DNA of 63,592 nucleotides, counting the filler, from Octopus bimaculoides (lineage: Eukaryota), in the NCBI RefSeq assembly GCF_001194135.2. It is 5 parts of 5 records of this genome, joined end to end, with 100 filler letters (N's around TTAATTAATTAA, not from the genome) between each part and the next. Parts side by side here need not be neighbours in the genome. Positions count along the whole stretch, not along the records: positions 1 to 12,527 come from NC_068989.1; positions 12,628 to 26,402 come from NC_068985.1; 3 more parts are not named here. The stretch is one strand, 5' to 3'. The stretch's first letter is position 1. The number at the start of each line of letters is the position of its first letter. Shown here in pieces: positions 11,778-24,879 of the stretch. The translations under genes and the position numbers were made by a program. Below the pieces are notes generated by a model. That model ran no database searches. It worked only from the letters and a program-made list of their open reading frames with translations, and was not told where the DNA came from.

Positions 11778-12072
11778 CAGTGGTTCTCAACCATCTTTTT
11801 ACTTCTGAACCCCTTTGTTTACTATTTTATTCTGGTCGGTCCCCACAGCCATTCGATGTTTGTAAACGAATTATATAGATACTTCTATCAGAATTCCTAG
11901 TTTGTTATTCACTCATATACTTATGTAGGCTGAACTATTTAAGATGTTAGAGAAAGAAACCTATCTGTTTATTGCAATCTTAAATATAACTGTGGACCCC
12001 AAAATTATCATTTTCCTTGCATATCTTATATGGAACTCAGGAAGTCATATGACTCTTGGATGAGAATCACTG
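11778..12072. mobile_element. hAT-type MITE
   Basis: Termini CAGTGGTTCTCAACC and GGATGAGAATCACTG (13 of 15 complementary), typical of Charlie-like hAT ends. The 8-bp TSD is poorly preserved. Confidence 0.7.
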
Positions 12073-12382
12073 TCATAAGTGAATGGTACCTACTTACAGA
12101 CAACAGTTTTGATACGTTCAGAGCACATTAAATTCTGATTGTTCAGCAGACTATTGGTTTAACCATTAACAATTCAAATTCATTCTGTCAAAATGACGGA
12201 AAAAAATAAATGCTATTATATCAACATTTGCACAACTAAAGACTTTCTAGAACTTGGAAAGCAGTGGCTTGGTTTTAATATTCTGTAACTTTCCTGACGT
12301 AATTTGGTTTAATTTTTGTATTTGCCAACCATTACTGATTTCAACTTCGTACATATTTTAACACTAAATCAAATTATTTCAG

Positions 12383-12474
12383 GTGTCGAATACTCGTGGA
12401 CAAACTGCTCTGGTGCCCGCTGTTCTACTGCTGATACCTGGTCCATACCCTGAAGCTCTCGATGTTGCAATCAA
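12383..12474 (+). CDS. Plakin-domain protein, exon 6 (SH3 end, phase 0/2): VSNTRGQTALVPAVLLLIPGPYPEALDVAI
   Basis: Acceptor attatttcag, donor AA|gtaagc. G....VP.V.LLIP.P..EA matches plakin SH3 C-terminus (VPSVCFLVPPPN.EA). A scaffold join begins at 12528. Confidence 0.92.
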
Positions 12475-12659
12475 GTAAGCCTCACTTGTGTGGGATTTTG
12501 GGGGTCGGTGGGGTGTGTGTGTGTGTGNNNNNNNNNNNNNNNNNNNNNNNNNNNNNNNNNNNNNNNNNNNNTTAATTAATTAANNNNNNNNNNNNNNNNN
12601 NNNNNNNNNNNNNNNNNNNNNNNNNNNCTCTATAGGAAAGTGGGTTATACATCATTAGA

Positions 12660-13044
12660 TGTACACCTGACTTTCCTATATTAAATTGAGAATTGAACGG
12701 AACGCTGAACTCCAGACTATCAACACAAACAACATTTATTCAAGGTGGAAAATATACATCTTTAATCTTGTTTGTTGAGACGTCTTCGGTGTGTGAGAAC
12801 ATGGTTGTTGGGACGTTGGTATATTGATGTGAGCTGTCTAGCGTGAGTTCGAAAGATGGAGAGACAACTAGACACGTCCTTGCTCAATCGCTGGCCAGCA
12901 AGAAAGAGATCGATCAAAGCGGGAAAGCTTGGTTGTTGAATTCCACGCATGCGTGAGACTACGCATGCGCACGGAGTTACTACACCTCTTTGATGTCATT
13001 TTCTCAGTTTTAAAAACAAATACAACGTTGTGTCAGGCACTACA
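12660..13044 (-). mobile_element. Probable solo LTR
   Basis: 385 bp with TGTA...TACA termini. Minus strand has AATAAA about 75 nt before the 3' end. Possible 4-bp TSD TAGA/TACA with 1 mismatch. Confidence 0.5.
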
Positions 13045-13779
13045 TACAGAATTAGCATCGGTATGCAGGAAATAAGATAATTGAAATTATTGGATGAGAT
13101 AGCAGATATTAAGTCTTACCTTTAGCAGAAAACGTGCAGATTACCAATAACGTCCGGAGCCTAATCTTAATCATTTGTTCAATTTTATGCTATGAGTCAA
13201 ATGTTTTGTATCTTGTCATCAAGTTAATCATCGTATCATCATTCTACTCTGATGAGATCATTAACCGACTTATGACACTGATAACAAAACCGGTAGCAAA
13301 ACACTATATGCTTTTTTTTACGTTTTCTTTTTTTTAGCACTTCACATTTGCGTGCAAATGCGAAATAAATAAATTTGTAATTGTATTCTATTTGTGAAAA
13401 TAAAAGAGAAATTAACTAATCTAAACAATAGCTTTAGATTATATTCCATTGGTGCACAAAATGAGGATGATCACAGCACATTTTTTTAACAATTTCTAGA
13501 ATATACGCTTTCAGTATATAAAACAAACGTGTAATGTTCTATAAACTGTTCCAAAATTATGCTTGGGTCATAAATGATTATTTATTCGTTGTTTTACAGT
13601 GCATGTAGAGTAATTTATTACACTGATACATCCATTGTATTAGTTGCGTTTAATAAGATTAAATGCTAGTATTTTCAATCAGCAGCAATTAAAAGAAGTA
13701 GCATATTGACCTTTTAATGACACGCCAATCAACAAGAATGTTTCTAAAAGTTCTTAAACTGTTTAAGTTCGTTTCTAAG

Positions 13780-14400
13780 TCTTCAAGTAATCAACGGCGA
13801 ACTTTGCATCACATTCAGTGGAACATGTTCTATACTTAGATTGCGGGGGAAATGGTACTCAGTAGTATGCAACATAGAAACTTAAGTATCTCAAACAGTC
13901 AAGAGTCTTAGAGTTCCTTTTGCTATGCTGCAAAAATGTCATGAGCCATCCAGTCCGCTTCAGCTTTGGCTCATGTATCATGGTGGCGTTGGCAAAGATC
14001 TCAAGCATGAAGCTTACTAGATAAATCTCGGCAGAGAAATAGAATTTACAGATGAAACCTACAATTCTGTTTTTATCGATGATCTCAAATATTAAATAAC
14101 CAAGAACTTCAAAAATATGGCTTCTCTCAACCTAATTACACTGAATTTAAGAATCTGGCAACAGAAATTTTGTCACATTAGTAGCGTTTGTCAATGATAA
14201 TGAATCCAAAGTCACTATATATCAAAGAACAATCTAATCTGTTACTTTTGACAGGGTTCGGCAAGAAGCTACTACTTTGATGTTCAGGTGGAGCTGGAAA
14301 GATTTTTTATCAGTTTATTATTTGCCAAAGTCCGCCAACGTAGACATAGCTAATACAGTTGTTTCTTAAAGCTATTGCCGCCACATTGTACTGCACGTCC
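13780..14400 (+). mobile_element. Helitron Rep/PIF1-helicase remnant (pseudogenised)
   Basis: Broken translations KSLRVPFAMLQKCHEPSSPLQLWL..KDLKHE, INLGREIEFTDETYNSVFIDDL and YFDV-GGAGKIF-ISLLFAKVRQ...AIAATL. These follow the Helitron order LR.LFA.IL..C.PS.P..LW / EIYNEAL / FLDAPGGTGKTFL...GIAATLL. Confidence 0.7.
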
Positions 14401-15074
14401 TACTTGCAAGCTCATCACTTGAGTACAAAGGTTTGCAAAAGTACCACGTCGATAACCGTGAGACAACTGTTGAAGGAATAACCGGTTGTGTTAAAGGAGA
14501 TTTTGTTCTATTATCTGTCTATTGTAGCAGTCTGTTGAATTATTTTGCACCGTCCGTTCGATTATATAGGTTCTTACGTCATTTCTGTTCCGAACGAAAG
14601 GTAGTTATGAAGTCAAATATAGGTTTCATTCATGATGCTTGTAAACAGTTATAGTTGAGCGTGCCGTTATAAGGCGATTCTTTGCGTTTAGATGTCCATA
14701 TGTGTGCAATGCCAATTACCACTGGATCCTGTAACGATTTAATCAAAACAAAATACCAAATTACTGAAAATATAATTCTATATATTTCTGAGTTGTTTTC
14801 GATTTGACACGCTGATACCGATTTTATTGAAAATTGCGATACAAATGTTTTAAATGCCAATTACGAAAATCAATCTTTTCTTTTTATAGACATTAATAAT
14901 AAACTTACGAACCATTAAGGTTTAAAATTTTTGGTAATTTTATCCAATTAGATCCATCCATTTTCTATATGGCTTCGGAAATTATGGACAGTGTCATGTT
15001 GGCTTGTTTTTGCTTTGTTTCTGAGATGTGACGTTAGTCTTTGAGAAATTAATATTAAAAATGTCATGTTTTAT

Positions 15075-15445
15075 AGCATGGCTGTATGACTGTGTGATAA
15101 AGAAACTTGTTTCCCAACCTTGTGGTTTTGGATTCAATCCCGCTGCACAGCACCTTGGGCAAGAGTCTTCCACTTCAGCCCTGGCTCGCCCAAAGCCTTA
15201 CGAATGGATTTGGTAGACGGAAACCGGAAGCATGTCACATATATATGTATATACTTATGTCTTTGTACCCACTACCGCTGGACAACCGGTGGTGGTTATT
15301 TTACGTCCCCGTAACTTGGAGGTTTGACAAAAAAAAGGGGCAGACTGAATAAGTGCCAGAGTTACAAATAAATACTGGGTCCATTTATTCAACTACACCG
15401 CTTTAAGGCATGGCTGCAGTTCAATGACAGAAACAAGTAAAAGAG
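15075..15445 (+). mobile_element. tRNA-derived SINE, family 1 (diverged)
   Basis: GACTGTGTGATAAAGAAAC...GGATTCAATCCC...CACCTTGGGCAAG...GGATTTGGTAGACGGAAAC...TTTACGTCCCCGTAACTT...GAAACAAGTAAAAGAG. Confidence 0.75.
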
Positions 15446-15776
15446 GATAATTAACAATAAAAATGTTACAAAACTCTTTATGAAAGAAAATGAAATAAAA
15501 ACAAATTAACGTTTGCAATGAAACTCAGCAATGCACAACAGAACCAAATGTTAACCCAAGATGGCTCACAACATAGATTCAGCTAAGCAAGACTTGATAC
15601 GACGAGAAAAAAAAACAGATTTGGACGTGCTTAGTAATTCAGTTGACTAGCTGCGTTTCCGTACGTGCTCCATCACACTGTGCCTTTGGGTATACAACTT
15701 AAAATATTGTAAGCGATGTATACTTAAAAATGAATAAGCTATTAAACACCAGTTGCCTGCAGATGTAAGTGCTTCC

Positions 15777-16663
15777 GGTAATCTTCAAGTTTAGGGGGTA
15801 AAAAAAGTAAATAAAAATATTCAAGGGAAATAACTGAACGACTTACCATTATTATCCGTTTTCTTTTAGCTGTTTATAAATAAATCACACTCGTGCTTTT
15901 TTTTTTTCTAAAATAGCATGCGACGGAATTTTTTCTTATAAAAGTTTTAAATGTTTTTTTCTTTTTCCAAAACGGAAACGAAATGGTTTGCAGAAGTACC
16001 TGACGGAAGGGAGTCAAAAACAACAGGCAGAAAAGAAACAATTGTGCATGGAGAGAACTTTGTCGATGGAAATGATAATGAAATTCAACAGATAAATTTC
16101 TAGGACTGCATGCTGATCTCAATGAGATCGTGTTCATTAAAAATAGATATNNNNNNNNNNNNNNNNNNNNNNNNNNNNNNNNNNNNNNNNNNNNNNNNNN
16201 NNNNNNNNNNNNNNNNNNNNNNNNNNNNNNNNNNNNNNNNNNNNNNNNNNNNNNNNNNNNNNNNNNNNNNNNNNNNNNNNNNNNNNNNNNNNNNNNNNNN
16301 NNAGTTCTAGAAATTCACCTACTCAACATTATACACTTCAGAAATGGCAGCCAAAAAATAAACAAATGTTTTTTCTTTTGGGATTGAATTCCGCCATAGA
16401 AATTCATATAGATAAGATGAAATTGAGGATTTCGTTTTCAGCAACAATAAGATGTTGTGCAGCCGGTCTTCCACGAGGCATTTTCGATTTCTCATAAGAA
16501 ACTATGATATTCAATCACGTGTGTGATTTATATATAAACAGTTAACGTCAATCAAATCACGTGTGTGATTTATTTATAAACAGAGTAGTACGGAGAATAC
16601 TGGTAAGACGTTCAGTTACTTCCCTTGAATTTTTTTTTTACACCCCTAAACTTGAAGATTACC
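15777..16663. mobile_element. Non-autonomous Mutator-like (MULE) DNA element
   Basis: About 65-70-bp TIRs starting GGTAATCTTCAAGTTTAGGGG (15777-15848 vs 16601-16663). 9-bp target duplication AGTGCTTCC (15768-15776) and AGTGCATCC (16664-16672). Interior contains an N gap. Confidence 0.8.
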
Positions 16664-16799
16664 AGTGCATCCACCGATCTAAGCACAGAACTAATACACA
16701 TAAAAAACATTCTAAACCGAATCTTTTTTTTTAATACAATATTATTTAAGGTAACAAACTGATCGATAAATCTTCAATTACCAACACAGACGCTTTGCC

Positions 16800-17150
16800 G
16801 ATTTCTGCCTGGTAACCATGAGGACAACATAGTATATTCGCCGTAAACTACTACCCTTACGTACTCTCACTCGATTTCGTCGACCTAACTATCTCGGTAT
16901 TGAAGCTTTCACCATCAAAACTACAGCATTATAGAACTCCCTCTCTAAACTTTTCTTCCAGTTAAAGGAGTTCCATAAAAGAGATCTATACCTCATTTTC
17001 AAACTAAAACATATTTTTAAAACTGTTGTATTCGCTTCATATAGATGGAAAAATCAGTGACAACTCCAATATCTGCCTCAAAAACTATCCAAGGCTATGC
17101 AAATCTCATAACATTTCGATTCATGACCAATTGTTGACTCTCAGCACATT
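16800..17150 (+). mobile_element. Possible very old CR1/L2-like RT fragment
   Basis: Weak broken motifs (SLDFVDL, KLQHY, LHIDGKISD) in an order compatible with RT domains 3-4. Far from certain. Confidence 0.25.
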
Positions 17151-17822
17151 CAAACAAAAAACTTCTCTATTCCCCTTAACCCTTTAACTGCAGGATTTAA
17201 TTCCATGGTTATTCCACGAAATATCAAAAACAAGTATCTCAATAATGATATAGGGGTGGGAAAAAATGTGTAATTTTTGGATTTCTTGTTACTTTCTCCC
17301 TTACTTGGAACCATTATATTGCAAGTACTGCAGCATTTTGTACTGTTGCATCATTTTCAGGAGTAAATTTGGTCAGCATTGTTGAGTTTAGAAACAGTCA
17401 ACTAACGTAGTTTTTTTTTTTCTAAGAAATTTTGCCACTCTGACCTGATTGTAATTAAGATTACAAATAAGATATCTGGATAATTTTTATTGCTTAACAA
17501 TCAAAATTCTTTTCTCTGTTGGGTTCCAAGTCGATTTTTTCTCCACACTATTGTTTAATTTGATCATTTTCAATTTTCAAGAAACGTCTAAAGTGTGATA
17601 AAATGAGTAATGACCAATTTATATAATTTCTTTTCGACAATATATCTGTCACTATATCAGGAAGGGAGCCACTCCAGCAGATCGAGCAGAAACTATAGAA
17701 AATATACGTTGAGGTTTTAGATTCAGTCGAGTTTCATTAATCTTGTACCATTTTTCCAAAATTCTTTTATTTGGCAAAGATATTTTTAAATTTTGTGGTA
17801 TTTCTGATGTCTAAGGATGATA

Positions 17823-20680
17823 ATCATCATCATCATCATCGTTTAACGTCCGCTTTCCATGCTAGCATGGGTTGGACGATTTGACTGAGGACTGGTGAAC
17901 CGGATGGCTACACCAGGCTCCAATCTGATTTGGCAGAGTTTCTACAGCTGGATGCCCTTCCTAACGCCAACCACTCCGAGAGTGTAGTGGGTGCTTTTAC
18001 GTGCCACCGGCACGAAGGCCAGTCAGGTGGTACTGGCAACGGCCACGCTCAAAATGGTGTATTTTACGTGCCACCTGCACAGGAGCCAATCCAGCGGCAC
18101 TGGCACGATCTCGCTCGAATGTGCCAGGAAGGCGACGCTGGGCACAGGTGTCATCACGATTTCGCTTTCGCTTGCCCCAACAGGTCTTCACAAGCCGAGT
18201 TTCGTGTCCTGCATAGGAGCCAGTCCAGCGGCACTGGCAATGATCTCACTCGAATGTCTTTACACGTGCCACTGGCACAAGTGCCAGGAAGGCGACGCTG
18301 GGCACAGGTGTCATCACGATTTCGCATTCGCTTACCCCAACAGGTCTTCACAAGCCGGGTTTCGTGTCCAATGAAGGAGACGACGTTGGCATGGGTGTCA
18401 ATCGTCGAATTTAGTTCTATTTCGATTCCGATTTCACTTGCCTCAACAGGTCTTCGCAAGCAGAGTTTCGTGTCCAATGAATGAAAGGTAGGCTTAAGTG
18501 GGCTGGCTACACCCCTGGCGGAGGCCTTGGATTTAAGTCTCACTTGGCTTGCTGGGTCTTCTCACGCACAGCATATTTCCAAAGGTCTCGGTCAGAAATC
18601 ATCGCCTCAGTGAGGCCCAATGTTCGAAGGTCGTGCCTCACCACCTTATCACAGGTCTTCCTGGGCCTGCCTCTTCCACAGGTTCCCTCAACTGCTAGGG
18701 TGTGGCACTATTTCACACAGCTATCCTCATCCATTCTCGCCACATGACCATACCAGCGCAATCGTCTCACTTGCACACCACAACTGATACTTCTGAGGTT
18801 CAACTTTTCTCTCAAGGTACTTACGCTGTCTAGTATGCACACTGACATTACANNNNNNNNNNNNNNNNNNNNNNNNNNNNNNNNNNNNNNNNNNNNNNNN
18901 NNNNNNNNNNNNNNNNNNNNNNNNNNNNNNNNNNNNNNNNNNNNNNNNNNNNNNNNNNNNNNNNNNNNNNNNNNNNNNNNNNNNNNNNNNNNNNNNNNNN
19001 NNNNNNNNNNNNNNNNNNNNNNNNNNNNNNNNNNNNNNNNNNNNNNNNNNNNNNNNNNNNNNNNNNNNNNNNNNNNNNNNNNNNNNNNNNNNNNNNNNNN
19101 NNNNNNNNNNNNNNNNNNNNNNNNNNNNNNNNNNNNNNNNNNNNNNNNNNNNNNNNNNNNNNNNNNNNNNNNNNNNNNNNNNNNNNNNNNNNNNNNNNNN
19201 NNNNNNNNNNNNNNNNNNNNNNNNNNNNNNNNNNNNNNNNNNNNNNNNNNNNNNNNNNNNNNNNNNNNNNNNNNNNNNNNNNNNNNNNNNNNNNNNNNNN
19301 NNNNNNNNNNNNNNNNNNNNNNNNNNNNNNNNNNNNNNNNNNNNNNNNNNNNNNNNNNNNNNNNNNNNNNNNNNNNNNNNNNNNNNNNNNNNNNNNNNNN
19401 NNNNNNNNNNNNNNNNNNNNNNNNNNNNNNNNNNNNNNNNNNNNNNNNNNNNNNNNNNNNNNNNNNNNNNNNNNNNNNNNNNNNNNNNNNNNNNNNNNNN
19501 NNNNNNNNNNNNNNNNNNNNNNNNNNNNNNNNNNNNNNNNNNNNNNNNNNNNNNNNNNNNNNNNNNNNNNNNNNNNNNNNNNNNNNNNNNNNNNNNNNNN
19601 NNNNNNNNNNNNNNNNNNNNNNNNNNNNNNNNNNNNNNNNNNNNNNNNNNNNNNNNNNNNNNNNNNNNNNNNNGCTCCCAGGGGCATCCTGTCTTGAATT
19701 CCTCTGTTATCGCCTGGAGGACTATGATAAATAGGAGGGGGCTGAGAACAGAACCTTGGTGGACCCCTACTTCTACCCTGAATTCTTCACTGTACTCATT
19801 GCCAACCCTCACCTTACTGACAGCGTCTCTGTACATGGCTCGCACAGCTCTCACTAACCATTCTTCTATCCCTATTTTCCTCATTGACCACCAAATAAGG
19901 GATCGGGGGACCCTGTCAAAGGCTTTCTCCATGTCGACGAAAGCAAAGTACAGAGGTTTATCCTTGGCTAGGTATTTTTCCTGAAGCTGTCGAACCAGAA
20001 ATATAGTATCAATGGTGCCTTTCCCAGGCACTAACCCAAACTGCATCTCATCTGACTCGCTTCCTAATTAGTTGGGCTATGAGCCTCTCCGTGACTTTCA
20101 TTACCTGATCTTACAACTTGATACCTCTGTAATTATTTGTATCTAAAGCGTCACCTTTACCTTTGTAGCAGTTGACTATGGTGCTGCTACACCAGTCATT
20201 GGGTATGACTAGGCTATAGCCGACACTGCCAGACATTTTGAGCATCTCTGCAGTGATTCCTGATGGGCCGGGGGCCTTCCCTGCCTTCATACTCTTAATT
20301 GCTTTATCTACCATGGTACTGTCAACTCGGATAGCTGGTCCCTCTGTTGGGTCGACATTCGGCAGACTCTCTTTCTCCCATTCATTCTCTTTATTGAGCA
20401 ATCTTTTGTAGTGGCATCTCCAAACCTCTTTCTTTGCAGCCTCGTTTAGTGCAAGCGTACCATCATCCATGCGAACACATTTCTCTCCCACAACATCACG
20501 ATTCTCCCTCACACACTGTCTTGCAACACGAAATACTTCAAGTGTTTGGTCCTCACGGCACAGAACATTGGCAAAATATTTTCTTATCTGCTTCCCCTCT
20601 GGCTAAATAAACCTGTCGCCTAGCTTCCCTTCTGGCAGTCTGATACAATTCCCTGCTACCACCATTCTTCCAGTCCTTCC
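17823..20680 (-). mobile_element. 5'-truncated RTE-clade LINE (RT region with frameshift, in-frame deletion and N gap; long 3' UTR; (GAT)n tail)
   Basis: ORFs 20111-20512 and 18727-20046 give KAPGPSGITAEML, NYRGIKL, QFGLVPGKGTIDTIF, FVDMEKAFDRVPR and VGVHQGSVLSPLLF. C-terminus ERKVEPQKYQL... precedes the UTR. (CAT)n on plus at about 17823-17840. Confidence 0.95.
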
Positions 20681-21109
20681 AAGGCTACTAATGTATAAGT
20701 CTTTTCAAATGTAATTCTGGAAAATTAAAGAAAATTGCCTTTGTTTTACTCATTCTACCCCACCTAAATTTGTCTTATGTACACTCAGAGAATAGAGCTA
20801 ATTTAGAGATCATTTCTTTAGCTGATATAGTTTGTCATGCAGTGAACATTTGTACTAAAAAAAAAATTTCTTACAGTCAAATATTCAGTAATTACTCGTT
20901 TTGCCCTATCCCCACCCTTATAAAACTGCTTTCCACATTTAAGGTAACGAAATTTTGAGTGGATATAATAATATATCCAGATATGCATCAGATCTGAAGA
21001 AAGTTTAGAAACAAAAAATATAATTAATGAAGAAATAAAATATTCGGAAGAGACAAATGAAATAATGCAGAGATATAAAATGTAAACAAGAGAAAACAAG
21101 CATAAGAAC

Positions 21110-21179
21110 AATCTTTAAAAGAATTTTATTTGCAGAAGATCAGTACTTAACATCACTCAGTGTTATCATCACTGATACA

Positions 21180-21220
<41 letters not shown>

Positions 21221-24200
21221 ATAGTGGTGGTGGTGGTGGTGGTGGTAGTGGTGGTGGTCCTAATCTAGAAGCAGGATAAAAAATAATTATCTGGATGTGA
21301 TGACTAGCTGAGAACAGTAATAAACCAGGCATCAAAGATTTACAAAGGCAGCGACAGCAACAATGGTAATGGTAGTGACGGTCTTCATACTTTATATATC
21401 ATTAATAATAGTAACAGTTGTTGTAATATTGTAGCAGCAGCAGCAACAACAATAGAAAACAGTTGGATTGGTGGCAGATCAGCCAGTAATGTAGAGTCAA
21501 TTGAACCAATCAACTGAACCAGGTCTAAAAGAATAAGAACCAGGTTTTCCATGGGAGCAATCACAGCCCCAACTTCAACAGCTATCACAGATTAAATCTT
21601 TCATGAACACACACATACACATAGCTTCTCTCTCTCTTCTTCACACGCACACACACACACACACACACTCTCTCTCTTTCACTCTCTCTCTCTACTACCA
21701 ACATTGTTAGTCATAAAGAGGAGAAAAAAAAATGCAAGCAAGTGTTCGAAGGAGAGATAAGTTATGAAACTAAATTGTAAAGAAATAAAATAGGGGCGGG
21801 GGATGATGAACGTCACATCATATGGCTCTACAAACCAATGTTTTAAACTAGTAGACACTTTCAAAAGTCTACATTTGTGGAGGGTGGTATTTTTTATGTT
21901 ACATGTTTACTTGTAATCAAGTAACTACATTAGCAAAATTTAATACTTACATGTGTGAGTGTCTGCATACACATATATACATACACACCACATATATAAC
22001 TTTTTTAGACATATAGGATTCGAATATTGCATATACATCCAGCAATATTCAATAGCTTCAAAAATGAGCAGGGCTTAAATTTCATTTTTTTATAAACCTG
22101 CCATACTTGAAAAAAAAAAATGAAAAAAAAAATCAAATCTATCAACATTGAAGCCATAAATTGCCATATTTTTGTTAAGATTTTTTTTTTATATAATTTA
22201 AATCTCTTAATTTATCACAGACATCTTTTTCAGCCAATAGGTGGACAATTTCAGTATATGGCATATTGTCAATGTCATTAAGAACTGGCTGAATACCTGT
22301 TCCCTGTACACAAATGTCAAGAACAACAAATCTTTACCAATTTAAAAAAAAATTGGTGGAACTATGTTTTCTTGGTAATTTTTTTAAACTTTTTTTTCAT
22401 ATTGTATATAAAAAAATATTATTTATTCATTAGGCCATTATTCATATCCCACGAATAATGAATTCCATAAGTACCAAAAAACAACTCCAAACTTCTATTG
22501 GCTGTGGACTGACCGGTGCACTCTAATCAACAGAGTCGCAAATTGCACAAAACATAACCTGTGCTGATCCTAATGTTTCATTGTTTTCTGTAACCGAAGT
22601 AAAGATATAAAGTGTCTACACCTTGAAGTGGAAATGTTAAGAAAATACACAAAAACTGGTTGAAATTGCCAATAAAAAAAAACTTTAGGGGGTGTTAAAA
22701 TGCTATCTAAGGGGAAATTAACTGATGAACCAGTTTATGGCTTGTTACTAAATTGCTAGCAGCTGTCAGTGATAACATGATGAGTTATCAAACGACTTTA
22801 TACAATATTATTCTGAGACTAAGATGAAAAATATTTATCTTAACACTAAGAAATTAGAAAAATGTTTCAATGTCACTGAATGGAGCTAATTTAATTTCCA
22901 CATTTTATACATATGTGGAAGAGAATTGAAAATGTTTAAGTTATCTTCCTTTTAGTATACATCAGATTAGCATGGCCATAGGACAGGGAAGTGAGGAGAG
23001 AAATTTCAGTTCATCTTGGTAAATTGTGAAGATACATATGTATATAAATATTTACAAATTTTCAAAAAAATGAACTTCATCGTTGCCAATTAAATTTATC
23101 AACGTGATAATGATTTTTTGATATCTTGCAAATCAATCCCAAACTATTTGACCAAGGGGATTATATGCAACAAAAAAGAAATCTAACATTGTCACCCCTT
23201 CCCCCCCCCCCCCAGAGATTTCAATAAAATAGGCAAAAAAAATTTTTTCAACCCTTTAACAACCAAAGGCAGTCAATGAAAACTCCTTGCTTCCATACTG
23301 TACTGCAGAATAAACATATCAGAGAAAGACCCATACTATGAAGGCTAAATGTACAGAGCTGAATCAGATTGCATCCTTGGGTGATTTGAAGAAAGGTTAA
23401 ACAATTCCATAATATTGACATTTTCCAGAAGAGTTTTAAAAACAGTTAACTTAAGAAACACTTTTGACAATAATAATAATCCATGCTAAAACAAATTATA
23501 ATAATAAACGAGTACACACACACACAAACTATGAAATAAAAAAGCTACTTTCCTTAACATTATCATTTGTTGAAAAAGACTTTTAGATATCAAGAAAATA
23601 GCCACAAAATGAAAATTGCGAAAAAGTTTAACTTAAGCATGAAACAACTTTGTGGCAAACATCCTCAAAAAGTGTCATTAGTTTCACCTACTAAAACTAT
23701 TAATACATTCTAGTCATTAAAAACTTTAGAGTAAAAATTAGAGTAAAAAATTACAAATGCCTAAATATTGAAGTTGCAGGAACAATCTAAGACGTATTTT
23801 ATTATCAATGCAAAAGAAAGTAAACTTTTACCTCATTTTGCAAAATCTAAACTGGAAATGTTTCTACAGAAAAACATAAATGCAAAACAAGATCCTAGTG
23901 GGTGGAATAATGACAGGAAAATTGCATTGTTAATTTAAGTACATGATATTTCAAATATTCACAAACAGCAGAATACTCCTCTAATTCTAGATATCATACT
24001 TCTAAATGTCAGTATAATCTAAGATGTAAACTTTTTGCATTGCATAAGAAACAAGATCCAACAGTTGATTAATCAAATTAAAGATAGCCATCAAAAGTAT
24101 CAGTGACATGTGTGTGTATGTGTTTGTGTGTGTGTGTAACAAACTATCAGAGAAAAGCAAAGAGGGAAGTAACCTATTTCAAGACACAAATTTGGAGAAA

Positions 24201-24835
24201 TGGCAAATTAAACTCATAAGTTGTAAATTCAGGTAACTAAATTCAAGGATGTAAACTAATGTCCTCCACCCAACAAGACAATAAGCGCACTGCCTTCCTG
24301 AAATCTACTAGTAGCATGGAGAAGTTGTAGAAAACAAAACAATGACAATAGATATTGTAGGTTAACATGGAAAGCAAGCTAACAAGCTATCATTATTCTT
24401 AATGAGCTGCTCGTACATAATTAGATAAGTAGCAGCAATTAACTGGACATTTCCAAGGGATCTTTCATTGATAGATGTCTTGGAAAATGTAGAGTAAAAC
24501 ATCCTACCACTTTACTATACATATTCTAAATATTCAGATGACCTAAATATTTTCACACTTCAATTTCAGCACAAAAAATTCAAATAAAGAATGAACTGAA
24601 ACCAGAAGGCATCGAATTGGGAGAGGGAGATACATATTCATATTATGACAATAAAGAATAAATTATAATATTGGCTTAATGAGGCATGAAACTTTAGGCA
24701 TTATGACCTAAAGGTGCAATGCAATGCTTGCAGCAGGAAATGAACTTAGGAGTTTACACAAGTTCAGTACCTGATCAACATAGACATTGAACGTCATTAC
24801 AATAGTAAACAATACCAGTCAAAATATGAATATTA

Positions 24836-24879
<44 letters not shown>

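Noticed and set aside
12572-12583. TTAATTAATTAA island between N runs, also at 26447-26458, 56256-56267 and 61544-61555
   Set aside because: Each is exactly 44 N + 12 bp + 44 N (100 bp) with stops in all six frames. This is a scaffolding spacer, not biology; true distance and continuity across these joins are unknown.
17175-17200. TTAACCCTTTAACTGC, piggyBac-like terminus
   Set aside because: No matching opposite end or transposase sequence found.
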